A DNA stretch of 38,575 nucleotides from contig JAEWWD010000090.1 of the NCBI GenBank assembly GCA_023396535.1, positions 1-38,575 on the forward strand, read 5' to 3'. The position numbers and the translations under genes are program-made. Below, one piece after another: positions 7,835-16,328 of this stretch; within the stretch, counting starts at the first letter, position 1; every line of letters starts with the position of its first letter. The stretch comes from Bacillota bacterium (lineage in GTDB: Bacteria; Bacillota; Clostridia; Christensenellales; CAG-138). A model generated the notes under the pieces. The model ran no database searches. It was not told where the DNA came from and was given only the letters and a program-made list of their open reading frames with translations.

Positions 7835-8038
7835 CAAATTGTATCAGAACCTACGCCGTTAGTCATAATAGAACGCAGGTCTTGATACAATGAAAGCCTC
7901 CAGAGTTTCTGGAGATTTTCCGCGTTTTGGGGAGAAATGGGGTCCCGTTTGAGCGCCGATTTGCGGCCTTGCACATAGTATCGTAAAAAGGTATGCACGC
8001 CTCCCGTCGACTTTTGGGACCTTTCGGCAAAAGGTGCG
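7835..8038 (+). repeat. Intergenic repeat family 1, copy C
   Basis: CAAATTGTATCAGAACCTACGCCGTTAGTCATAATAGAACGCAGGTCTTGATACAATGAAAG, then a hairpin (ctccaga/tctggag), then TTTTGGGGAGAAATGGGGT, GCACATAGTATCGTAAAAAGGTATGCAC and CTTTCGGCAAAAGGTGC. It is colinear with copies A and B. Confidence 0.75.
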
Positions 8039-8132
8039 CCCTTTTAGGTTTAGTCCCCCACACGGGCAGAAGGTTGAGCGCAGGGTCTATAAGTGATACA
8101 ATAGTACCGATCACGTTCATACTCTTTTTGGG

Positions 8133-10727
8133 GTGGGGCATTTGTCCGATTCAACTCTTATCAAAACCAAATACTGCATCCCACGTGCAAATCCGAGCAC
8201 GATATTGCGTGAACGGATGCTCGAAAAGCTGGATCATGCGCTTGAGCGGATGCTTACGCTGGTTGTAGCGCCGATGGGATACGGCAAGACAACAGCGGTT
8301 TATGAATGGGTGGAAAAATCGGGATTGCAAGCGGCATGGCTTTCGTTGGACGAAAGCGATAATGATCCGATCGTTTTCTGGAAGTACATTTGCGCAGCGA
8401 TGGAAAAAATCCTTCCTGGAGTTGCGAACGATGTCCAATATGCTTTTTCTTCGTATCAGCTAATGGAAGCGAACGTTCCTGTCAACATCCTCATCGACAG
8501 ACTGGCGCAACACGGCGGCAAAGCGCTGCTCGTCATAGACGATCTGCATACGATCTCGAACGCGCAAATATTAAAAGGGCTTTCACATCTTCTTGAATAT
8601 CTTCCCGCAAACGCGCATGTGATTATCATAAGCAGGGCAGAACCTGCGATGGAGCTTCATAAGTTTGAATTGCGCTCTCAGGTTTTACGCGTTACCGCAG
8701 CTGACCTTCGGTTTCGGCAGGATGAAATTGCTGATTTCTACCTGAAGCGCGAGTGCACGTTCGGCAAGGAAATTATTGAAAAGATCGGCAGTTATACGGA
8801 GGGCTGGGCCGCGGCCATGGTTGCCCTTGCTGTATCGGCGCAGAACGATTGCATTAACAGCGCCCTGCTTAACGGCATAGCGGCGACAAACGCCGACGTG
8901 TATCAATACCTGATGAACGAGGTCTTTGAAACGTATCCCCCTGAAAAGAAGACATTTTTGCTTAAAATCTCCATATTGGAGTTTCTGCAACAGGATATTT
9001 GCAGCGCCATAACCGGCGAAGATAACGTTACGCGTTTTTTTGAGGATATGAGCAAAAGGAACGAGTTTGTGACCTTGCTCAGCGATGAAAGCAGCGTCTA
9101 TCGGCTGCATCCGATTTTGAAGGACTTCCTGCTCAAAAAACTCAGGCAAGACGATCCTGACGCGTATGCAGAACTGCATACGAAAGCGGCGCTGTGGTAC
9201 CGCGAGCGGGGTATGCTGCCGCTCGCCATTTCGCATTATTTGGGCGGCGCGCGGTACGCGGAGGCCTTCGAACTGATCGAAATGCAACTGGGCAATTTTG
9301 CGAGCAAAAACGAATATGAAACCGCGCATTCCTGGATCGAGCAGCTTCCTGCGCATTATAAGCACAAAAGCGTCAAGATCGCGGTGTTTTATTCCATGTA
9401 CTCCGCGCAGCGGCGGGACTTCGAAGCATCCCACAAATGGCTCGCCCGCGCCAGGAAAATACTGGCGCATGACCAAAGGGGAGAAAGTGGCATGCAGGAT
9501 TGCGCCTTGGTCGGCCTTACGGCGGTCAATCTGCTGCTCAGGGAAGGCAATGCGGCAGAACTTCTTAGACTCATCCGAAGCAATGAAATCCGCAACAACA
9601 ACACATTCGGAACCGTTGAATATATGGATTTGAACGATTCGGCTATCTATATGTACCGAAGCCCGGTCCATATCATGGTAAAGCTGTTTGAGATGGACCG
9701 CGATGCGCTTTATAAGCTGCGGGACTATCACGGCATCCTGTCCACAAAGACTCCGGGGTTTGTTCCCTTGGCGGCCGGAGAATATCTTTATGAAAAGAGC
9801 AGGCTTGAGGAAGCGCTGCCATTGTTCTTGCAGGCGATTGAAGCCGCGCGGCCGCTCAATTATCCGGGCGTGCTGGTCCCGGCAATGGTTGGTATTTCCC
9901 GCATAAAGAGAAGCAGGGCCGATATGGCTGGCGCTCTCGCCGTCTTGGAGGAATGCGAAAGCAGGCTTAAAATCATTCAAAAACCGCATTGGAATGACCT
10001 TGTGTCCGCGCTGAAAACGCGCTATTCCATCGAAACCGGTAACATGGATGAGGCGCAAAAGTGGATCCATGCCAATAAGCTGCACATATTCAGCGAAATC
10101 AAAAGAGTCCGTGAATTTGAGCTGATCGTACTTGCAAGGGCTTTATGGGCAAAAAAAGACACGAGCGACGCCGAACTGCTGCTGATGCGGCTTCTGCAGT
10201 TTGCACAGGCCGAAGGCCGTTTGCACAGCGAGGTTGAAATACTGAATCTGCTGGCGATGATAGCCTGCCAACAGGGCAATACCTCCCCTGCAGTTGTGTA
10301 CTTGGAGAGATCATTACGCATAGGGCTTGCCGAAGGCTATGTGCGCAGCTATATCGACGAACAGGCGCCGATGCTTACCGTATTGAAGCAGGCGATGCGC
10401 GCATTTAAAAAAACGGAGGAGGTAAGCCGGGAACTGGAGCGCTTTGTCGGTTCCCTCGTTTCGCTGCTTCAGGAGGAAATGAATGTGCCGCCCGGCGGCA
10501 GCACGGTCGGCAGCATGAAGTTAAAGAAGCTGCTGACCGCAAAAGAGTTTGAAGTGCTGGAATTGCTGTGTGCCGCACACTCGAACGAAGATATCGGCAA
10601 AAAGCTGAATATCGGCCAGCGCACGGTCAAGACGCACACGGGAAGCATTTACAACAAGCTGGGAGTCAAGACCCGCGCCCAGTGCGTAAAGCTGGCGTAT
10701 GAGGAAGGGCTTTTGCTATCGGATTAG
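8133..10727 (+). CDS. LuxR-family transcriptional regulator of the MalT/LAL type (N-terminal ATPase, helical/TPR-like middle, C-terminal LuxR HTH)
   Basis: 864 aa with a GTG start. N-terminus LIKTKYCIPRA, Walker A VVAPMGYGKTT and Walker B LLVIDDLH. C-terminal HTH is LTAKEFEVLELLCAAHSNEDIGKKLNIGQRTVKTHTGSIYNKLGV. Confidence 0.85.
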   Translation: MGHLSDSTLIKTKYCIPRANPSTILRERMLEKLDHALERMLTLVVAPMGYGKTTAVYEWVEKSGLQAAWLSLDESDNDPIVFWKYICAAMEKILPGVANDVQYAFSSYQLMEANVPVNILIDRLAQHGGKALLVIDDLHTISNAQILKGLSHLLEYLPANAHVIIISRAEPAMELHKFELRSQVLRVTAADLRFRQDEIADFYLKRECTFGKEIIEKIGSYTEGWAAAMVALAVSAQNDCINSALLNGIAATNADVYQYLMNEVFETYPPEKKTFLLKISILEFLQQDICSAITGEDNVTRFFEDMSKRNEFVTLLSDESSVYRLHPILKDFLLKKLRQDDPDAYAELHTKAALWYRERGMLPLAISHYLGGARYAEAFELIEMQLGNFASKNEYETAHSWIEQLPAHYKHKSVKIAVFYSMYSAQRRDFEASHKWLARARKILAHDQRGESGMQDCALVGLTAVNLLLREGNAAELLRLIRSNEIRNNNTFGTVEYMDLNDSAIYMYRSPVHIMVKLFEMDRDALYKLRDYHGILSTKTPGFVPLAAGEYLYEKSRLEEALPLFLQAIEAARPLNYPGVLVPAMVGISRIKRSRADMAGALAVLEECESRLKIIQKPHWNDLVSALKTRYSIETGNMDEAQKWIHANKLHIFSEIKRVREFELIVLARALWAKKDTSDAELLLMRLLQFAQAEGRLHSEVEILNLLAMIACQQGNTSPAVVYLERSLRIGLAEGYVRSYIDEQAPMLTVLKQAMRAFKKTEEVSRELERFVGSLVSLLQEEMNVPPGGSTVGSMKLKKLLTAKEFEVLELLCAAHSNEDIGKKLNIGQRTVKTHTGSIYNKLGVKTRAQCVKLAYEEGLLLSD

Positions 10728-10751
10728 TCCCGTCGCAAAACAAACAGAAAT

Positions 10752-10795
10752 AAAGCTTGCGGTATCGTACCTTTGTACGATGCCGCAAGCTTTTT
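10752..10795 (+). terminator. Rho-independent terminator after the LAL regulator gene
   Basis: 19-bp stem aaagcttgcggtatcgtac / gtacgatgccgcaagcttt (one G-U pair), loop cttt, then a T run. Confidence 0.8.
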
Positions 10796-10912
10796 GCTGT
10801 GCTACCATTTTAAGCGGTATGGTACGAATCGGGGGAATTGCATCGAATGCCTGTCAAAGAACCCCGCCAGGCGCGAAAGTATATGCCGTTATATAAATTG
10901 GAGGAAACGCAA

Positions 10913-13900
10913 ATGAAAGCAGCGAAAAAATCACTGGCGCTTGTGCTGATCGCATTAATGGTATTGACGATGCTGCCGCAGCCGGCGCGGGCTGCGGATT
11001 ATACCGTCAGCAATCAGGAAGATTTGGATGACGCGTTGGAAACAATACCAGCCGGCGAGACGGCAACCATTAATTTGGCGGGGAGCTTCGATTATCATGG
11101 CGGCCTCGTTATCGACGGCGGCCGCTTGATCACCTTTCTGCTGAACGATTATACGCTGAACATAATCAACGACGCGGGAACCGCTCTTGAAGTCAGCGAC
11201 TACGCCAGGGTGGCCTTTGACTGGGACCCCGGGGGAGAGGGCAAGCTCAACGCGATCAGCGAAGCGGAGGGTCATGGCGTGTCCGCCTACGATGGCGGAA
11301 TAGCGTTCGTAACCAACGCCACGGCGGAAAACGCGGGAGGAGGCGGCGGCGTAGCCGTCGCTGCGGCAGGTGCGGGCAGCCGGGTCACCCTGTATGGAGA
11401 TGCCAGCTGCACCAATCCTTACGCAATGTTCCCGGGAGCCGTACTGGCCGCCTCCGGCGCTGCCGTCGTGGTGGAAGGCGATGTGGTTTGCACCGGCAAT
11501 TTGGCTGATACTGAAGGGATGCTTGGCGTAGCGGCGGCGGACGGCGGCAGCGTGGAAGTGGAAGGCAGCGTCAGCGTATCGTACATTGATGACGCAGATA
11601 GTCGTCCGGGCGACATTTTCGGCGCGTTCGCTATGGCGGAAGGCACGGTCATAATCGAAGGCGATGTAACGGCGGACGGCGCGGGAACCATAACAGGCGC
11701 AGGGGCGATGGGAGGCACGCTCATAGTCGACGGCGATATAACGGCGGACGGCGACGGAGAGGTCATAGGCGCATTGTCTAAGTGGGGCGGCGCGGCGGTT
11801 CTCAACGGCTCGATCACTGTGCCCGACGGGGCGGCGGATATCGCGCTGGGCGACGACCAGGTGACCGACATCGAAGGCGTGCCGGGGGTATTGCCGGACG
11901 ACCTCCTAGACCTCTTGGAGGGATTCGATCGTTCGGATCTGGCTTCTGACGCTTATCTGGTTTACACCTGTACCGACGAGGTAGAGGGCGGCGGCGAAGT
12001 AGTAAGCTTCGTCTATGTGGAAACATTTGCGGGCCCGGCTTGCGCGATCGGCGATACGGAGTATAGCACGCTTGAAGCTGCGCTCGCCGACGCGGAGGAA
12101 GGCGAGGAAACGACCATCAGGCTCCTGCGGGATATCGATTATGAAACCGGTATTGAGGTGACCGGCAGAACCGTCATCTTCGACCTGAACGGGTGCGAGC
12201 TGTTTGTGTTGAACAGCGGTGGAAACGGGCTGACCGTAGGCGCGGGCGGCGTCGTGGATATCACGGATACCAGCGACGAAGAATACAGTGAACTCACTGT
12301 TATGAGCAGCAGCGCCTATGGCGTGTACGCCCATGACGGCGGGCAGGCGACAGTGACCACCGCGGGAGGCCAGCAGGGGGGTGTGTATGCCGCGGATGGC
12401 GCCTCCGTCCATGTAACAAACATAGCCTATGGAGTCGATACCGGCGTATTTGCGACCGGCGGCAGCACGGTAACGGTCGATTTTCAGATCGGCGTTATGG
12501 GGGAAGACGGGGTATATATCATGCTGGGGGACGTCGCGAAAAACTCGGAGGACGGCGCGATGGGAACGGCGCCCTATGAAAACTATCTGGTCTACTCGGA
12601 CGGAAGCGGCAACATTGTCCGCGTGAAAACGAACGCGGTCTGCAGGCTGAGCCTAACCACGGTTGATGGGACATATGTGAGCTTGTATGAGGAGATCGGC
12701 GATGCGCTCGAGGAAATGAATAGTACGCTGCCCGGCTCAACAGGAACCATCACGCTGTTTACGGACATCGAATACGATACCGGCATTAAAATCAACGGCA
12801 GGGCACTCACCTTTGACCTGAACGGGCATACGCTCAACGTAATTAGCAGCGTGGGTCACGCCCTTGAGGTCGGCAGCGGCGGCGTAGTGGAGCTGATTGA
12901 AAACGGCGGTGAGTTCAATGTCATCAGCGAAGCGTCCGGCTATGGCGTATACGCCCACGACGGCGGAAAGGTGGAAGTAACCAATGCGGAGGGCTTTATC
13001 GGCGCAGCAGCGCTTGGCGACAATAACTATGTGGAAATAGCAGGCAATGTCATAAGCAGGCAGAATGCCGTGCAGGTCGCGGGAGAACGCAATGTTGTAA
13101 TCGTTCGCGGGAACGCTTCCCTGTCCGGCGATGACCGGCCCAATACGGCCGGCATTGTCATCCAGGGCGGCTCCGATAGTACGGTTTTAGTAGGCGGCAA
13201 CCTGACGGTAACCGGTACGAACGCCACAGGCATATCGTTGATATTGGGCGGCTCAGTGATCATACAAGGCGAGTTCAGTGCGCCGGAAGAAGACTATATC
13301 ATGTTGGCTGCCTTGGATTCCGGCGGCGAACCCGTCCTTACATTCCCAACCGCCGCCGATGGTCTGACGGGGAAACTGCCTTCAGTGCTGTTGGCTCTGC
13401 TCGAACTGGATGATGCAGACTATCTGGTGTATACCGACGAAATCAACGCCGTCTACGTGAAAATTCCGGTGGGCGCCACGATCAGCCCGACCAGCGCGGC
13501 GTTTGACAAGAACCCGGCGGAGCAGGAGGACGTGACCGCGACGATCACATGGAACGACGCGGCGTCGGTGGCGGACGTGAAGGCGGGCGAAACTTCCATC
13601 GGGACGGGTAACTACAGCGTGAATGGGAACACGCTGACCGTCAAGAAGGAGTATCTGGCGACAAAGGCCGACGGCGACCTGGTTTTGACTGTCGAATTCA
13701 ACGACGGCGGTTCGGTGATGCTGACGATAACGGTCAGTGAGAGCACTACGAACACAGGTTCCGGCTCCGGCGGCAATGGCCCTGCGTACAGTAGCTGGAC
13801 ATTGACCGACAGCGCGACGGGTATCACGGTATCGGGCGACGACATCCACAGGATGGCGCGGCTCGCGGTTTCCCCGCTTAAGCTGCACTCCGCGGATACC

Positions 13901-14284
13901 TGCACGGCCTGTGACGCCATACGCAAGGCGCAAAAGGACGGCGATCTCATACTCGGTTATGATATCAGCCTAATTCCCGCTGCGACCGGCGAGCTTACGA
14001 TCTCCATCCCGGTGGGCAGCCAGTATAACGGCCGGACCTTGGTCATACTCCACTGCGTCAACGGCGGGCTGGAAACGATCATCGCAACGGTAGTCAATGG
14101 TGTGGCGATCTTCACCACCTCGTCGCTTTCGCCTTTCGCGGTGACCACCGGCCTGCTCATACCGGATGCCGCGGTGACCAACCCTCCCAAAACGGGAGAT
14201 GAAGCTTCGTCGTTCGGCCTCATCATATCCGGCCTCACGGTGCTGTGCGCGGGTTGGCTGATTATGAGGCGGCGCAAAGTATAA
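10913..14284 (+). CDS. Large secreted, sortase-anchored cell-surface protein with internal repeats (beta-helix-like Gly/Ala/Val/Asp-rich region and an Ig-like X2-type module)
   Basis: Signal peptide MKAAKKSLALVLIALMVLTMLPQPARA-ADY, with a GGAGGAAACGCAA RBS before the ATG at 10913. The ORF-track start at 10838 lacks these features. The C-terminal sorting signal is PPKTG (14183-14197), followed by a hydrophobic stretch and RRRKV. Three ~50-aa repeats are present (for example TIRLLRDIDYETGIEVTGRTVIFDLNGCEL and TITLFTDIEYDTGIKINGRALTFDLNGHTL). Confidence 0.85.
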   Translation: MKAAKKSLALVLIALMVLTMLPQPARAADYTVSNQEDLDDALETIPAGETATINLAGSFDYHGGLVIDGGRLITFLLNDYTLNIINDAGTALEVSDYARVAFDWDPGGEGKLNAISEAEGHGVSAYDGGIAFVTNATAENAGGGGGVAVAAAGAGSRVTLYGDASCTNPYAMFPGAVLAASGAAVVVEGDVVCTGNLADTEGMLGVAAADGGSVEVEGSVSVSYIDDADSRPGDIFGAFAMAEGTVIIEGDVTADGAGTITGAGAMGGTLIVDGDITADGDGEVIGALSKWGGAAVLNGSITVPDGAADIALGDDQVTDIEGVPGVLPDDLLDLLEGFDRSDLASDAYLVYTCTDEVEGGGEVVSFVYVETFAGPACAIGDTEYSTLEAALADAEEGEETTIRLLRDIDYETGIEVTGRTVIFDLNGCELFVLNSGGNGLTVGAGGVVDITDTSDEEYSELTVMSSSAYGVYAHDGGQATVTTAGGQQGGVYAADGASVHVTNIAYGVDTGVFATGGSTVTVDFQIGVMGEDGVYIMLGDVAKNSEDGAMGTAPYENYLVYSDGSGNIVRVKTNAVCRLSLTTVDGTYVSLYEEIGDALEEMNSTLPGSTGTITLFTDIEYDTGIKINGRALTFDLNGHTLNVISSVGHALEVGSGGVVELIENGGEFNVISEASGYGVYAHDGGKVEVTNAEGFIGAAALGDNNYVEIAGNVISRQNAVQVAGERNVVIVRGNASLSGDDRPNTAGIVIQGGSDSTVLVGGNLTVTGTNATGISLILGGSVIIQGEFSAPEEDYIMLAALDSGGEPVLTFPTAADGLTGKLPSVLLALLELDDADYLVYTDEINAVYVKIPVGATISPTSAAFDKNPAEQEDVTATITWNDAASVADVKAGETSIGTGNYSVNGNTLTVKKEYLATKADGDLVLTVEFNDGGSVMLTITVSESTTNTGSGSGGNGPAYSSWTLTDSATGITVSGDDIHRMARLAVSPLKLHSADTCTACDAIRKAQKDGDLILGYDISLIPAATGELTISIPVGSQYNGRTLVILHCVNGGLETIIATVVNGVAIFTTSSLSPFAVTTGLLIPDAAVTNPPKTGDEASSFGLIISGLTVLCAGWLIMRRRKV

Positions 14285-14296
14285 AGCAACATAGGG

Positions 14297-14345
14297 GGGA
14301 AAACCCATCGACAAAGTCCTGCGGACTTTGTCGATGGGTTTTCCC
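14297..14345 (+). terminator. Long perfect hairpin (23-bp stem, 3-nt loop) after the surface-protein gene; probable terminator
   Basis: gggaaaacccatcgacaaagtcc-tgc-ggactttgtcgatgggttttccc. The trailing T-tract is weak (gcacattttt). Confidence 0.6.
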
Positions 14346-14400
14346 GCACATTTTTGCCGTTCGGCTCTTTCATTCTGAAAGAGGCTGTCACAGCAAAAAG

Positions 14401-14527
14401 CGCGTAAGGTGTCATTTTTCACTGCACATGCACCCGAACGGTACATTCGGGTATTTCACAAGGAATGATGTGCGGCAAGCCGCATAACCAATCGCCCGCA
14501 AAATGACGGATTGAAAGCTTCATACTG
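14401..14527 (+). repeat. Intergenic repeat family 2, copy 1 (MITE/REP-like, imperfect inverted arms)
   Basis: The core CCCGAACGGTACATTCGGGTATTTCACAAGGAATGATGTGCGGCAAGCCGCATAACCAATCGCCCGCAAAATGAC matches 18571-18660. The arms AAGGTGTCATTTT and AAAATGACGGATT are inverted relative to each other. It ends with AGCTTCATACTG, which is also found at 18843-18854. Confidence 0.65.
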
Positions 14528-14790
14528 TACGACTTTCAACATGATCTCTGCTGACAGGGGGTTATCGATACTCTGATGGACGAAGACACCATGTGCCTTC
14601 GTCCTTTGGCAATTTTTTGGGGATTTTTTCGCGTTTTGGGCTGTTGCCAGTCCGGAATGGCATGTCTTTTTGTGTTGGGATATTTTTCGAGTAAGAAGAG
14701 GGAATATAGCGACTGCCGTGCCCCATTCCGGCGCGTACTTCCTCAACTGAACGGAAGACGGCGCCAAGGTATCAATGGTTGGCCTCCGAA

Positions 14791-15354
14791 TTATAGAAAC
14801 CGTCTGACCCTTTTACAGTATCCCGTATACTTTTCGCCGTATATCTTTTTTAGCGATTGTTCCTCAAGCAGGATTTGCCGGTTAAAAAGCCATATGCCGG
14901 TAAAAACGTAAATCAGCATTATCCAATTCGGAATAATCAAAAATACGCCTATCAGAACCAATCCGAATGCTGTATAAATTGGATTACGGCTGATAGAAAA
15001 TGCTCCCGTGGTCACAAGCTCTCCGGGATGATCTTCATCCAAACCGACGCGAAAGCTTTTTCCAAATGAAATCAGAGCGTATATAAACAATAAAACACCC
15101 ATTACGCATACGGCCACGCCTATCCAGCTAACCAATTCATTGTTAAACAATTCAACCCCGATTTTAGGCAGACCAAACGCGCTTGCAGATACGATATAAA
15201 ATAGCAGCAAGGCGAATGGCGGAATAAAAAAATCTTTTTTATCCATCTCGCCAAATTGAATGGATTTTATCCCCAATTTTTTTAATTGGAAAGCTCTTGA
15301 TAAAACGAGTATTACAAGCAAAAACAATGTTGCTATCGCGATATATCTGGTCAT
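14791..15354 (-). CDS. Isoprenylcysteine carboxyl methyltransferase (ICMT)/phospholipid methyltransferase family membrane protein
   Basis: Multi-TM protein with the family C-terminal signature ISRNPIYTAFGL ... LLEEQSLKKIYGEKYTGYCKRVRRFL. I place the start at 15354 (MTRYIAI) because an AGAGGAGGAAACGAT RBS lies immediately upstream. The ORF-track start at 15399 lies upstream of that RBS. Confidence 0.75.
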   Translation of the reverse strand: MTRYIAIATLFLLVILVLSRAFQLKKLGIKSIQFGEMDKKDFFIPPFALLLFYIVSASAFGLPKIGVELFNNELVSWIGVAVCVMGVLLFIYALISFGKSFRVGLDEDHPGELVTTGAFSISRNPIYTAFGLVLIGVFLIIPNWIMLIYVFTGIWLFNRQILLEEQSLKKIYGEKYTGYCKRVRRFL

Positions 15355-15999
15355 ATCGTTTCCTCCTCTTACGATAAAATAAGCAAATCTCTTCGTCAAT
15401 TATTCAATACTTTTAGGCGATTCCATAACTTGCTTGACTGCATCGGAGCTTTATCCTCAAAAATTTCATATCTTACTTTACTATTATCGGTATCCTTTTT
15501 GCAACTTTTACGCCGTTGCCATCCGGCATGAATGTCAGATACATTTCCTATTTATCGGGGAACCGTTATATCGTTAGCATCTGGTAAGCTTGAGGAGCTC
15601 AATTTGGCCGAATAAGCGTCATACGGGTGATTCTGGTATGATAAGCCTTGAAGCGTGGTACTGGTCAAAAAGAGCAAAAGGGGCGGACGGCATGGAAAAG
15701 ACGGATCAAGGGATATCCGGCAGCAGTATAGTGCAGTATTCAAGTTCGCATTTTGAGCATATGGAAAGTTACAAATGGGAGCGCTCTCGATTTCTCAGCA
15801 GATTTTATATCCAATATTATTGTCAACGCAAAGGGTACTGCACCTATATCGGCCAGCACCCTTTTCTTCAAACTCTGATTTACTTGCAGTTGGCGGCGAT
15901 AAGAGATCGCAGACAATTAAGCTTTTTGACGCCATCCCAAATTACTTTTTGAATCCGAATCATTAGGCTGCTCTAGTCATACCCTAACGTTTACAAAAG

Positions 16000-16191
16000 A
16001 TGCAAAATACCTTGCTAGCGGAAGCGAGGAAGGATTTGTACACATATGGGAAGCTGTTGATTCGGAATTTAAAACAAATTAAACAATTGCCGGGTGAAAT
16101 CTATTCTGTCCGATATGACGGGGGAAGCAATAAAATTATCGTATCTTATAAAGAGAACAACAGGAAAATAGGAATTTGTCAAATTGAATAG
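16000..16191 (+). CDS. Hypothetical small protein (63 aa), weak call
   Basis: This is the only ORF in the right-hand part of an AT-rich gap. I saw no recognisable motifs and no convincing RBS. Confidence 0.2.
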   Translation: MQNTLLAEARKDLYTYGKLLIRNLKQIKQLPGEIYSVRYDGGSNKIIVSYKENNRKIGICQIE

Positions 16192-16328
16192 TGACGGTTG
16201 GCTACAATGGCAGGATCTGCTGAATAATATGATGCCCCCATGGGCGTAATCTTCATCCTCTCTTCATGGACTGCGCATGGCCGGTATTGTATGATGAGCA
16301 TAGTAATTGCATTCGAAGGATATTTGGC

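Noticed and set aside
8685-10085. 466-aa ORF on the minus strand
   Set aside because: It is entirely antisense to the well-supported LAL regulator gene. The translation is Arg/Pro/Gly/His-rich with no motifs, which is typical of a spurious open frame opposite a GC-rich gene.
10838-10912. Upstream extension of the surface-protein ORF (MHRMPVKEPRQ...)
   Set aside because: The signal peptide and a strong GGAGG RBS belong to the ATG at 10913. The extension would bury the signal peptide.
1-14640. The repeated units as a CRISPR array or tandem repeat
   Set aside because: The units are ~170-240 bp, diverged, kilobases apart and separated by genes. There are no short regularly spaced repeats and no cas genes.
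14456-14911. 103-aa (minus-strand) and 111-aa (plus-strand) ORFs between the surface-protein gene and the ICMT gene
   Set aside because: They run through repeat-family sequences and hairpins, and one overlaps the ICMT gene antisense. The shared peptide EAFNPSF with ORF 18485-18730 simply reflects the nucleotide repeat being read in frame.
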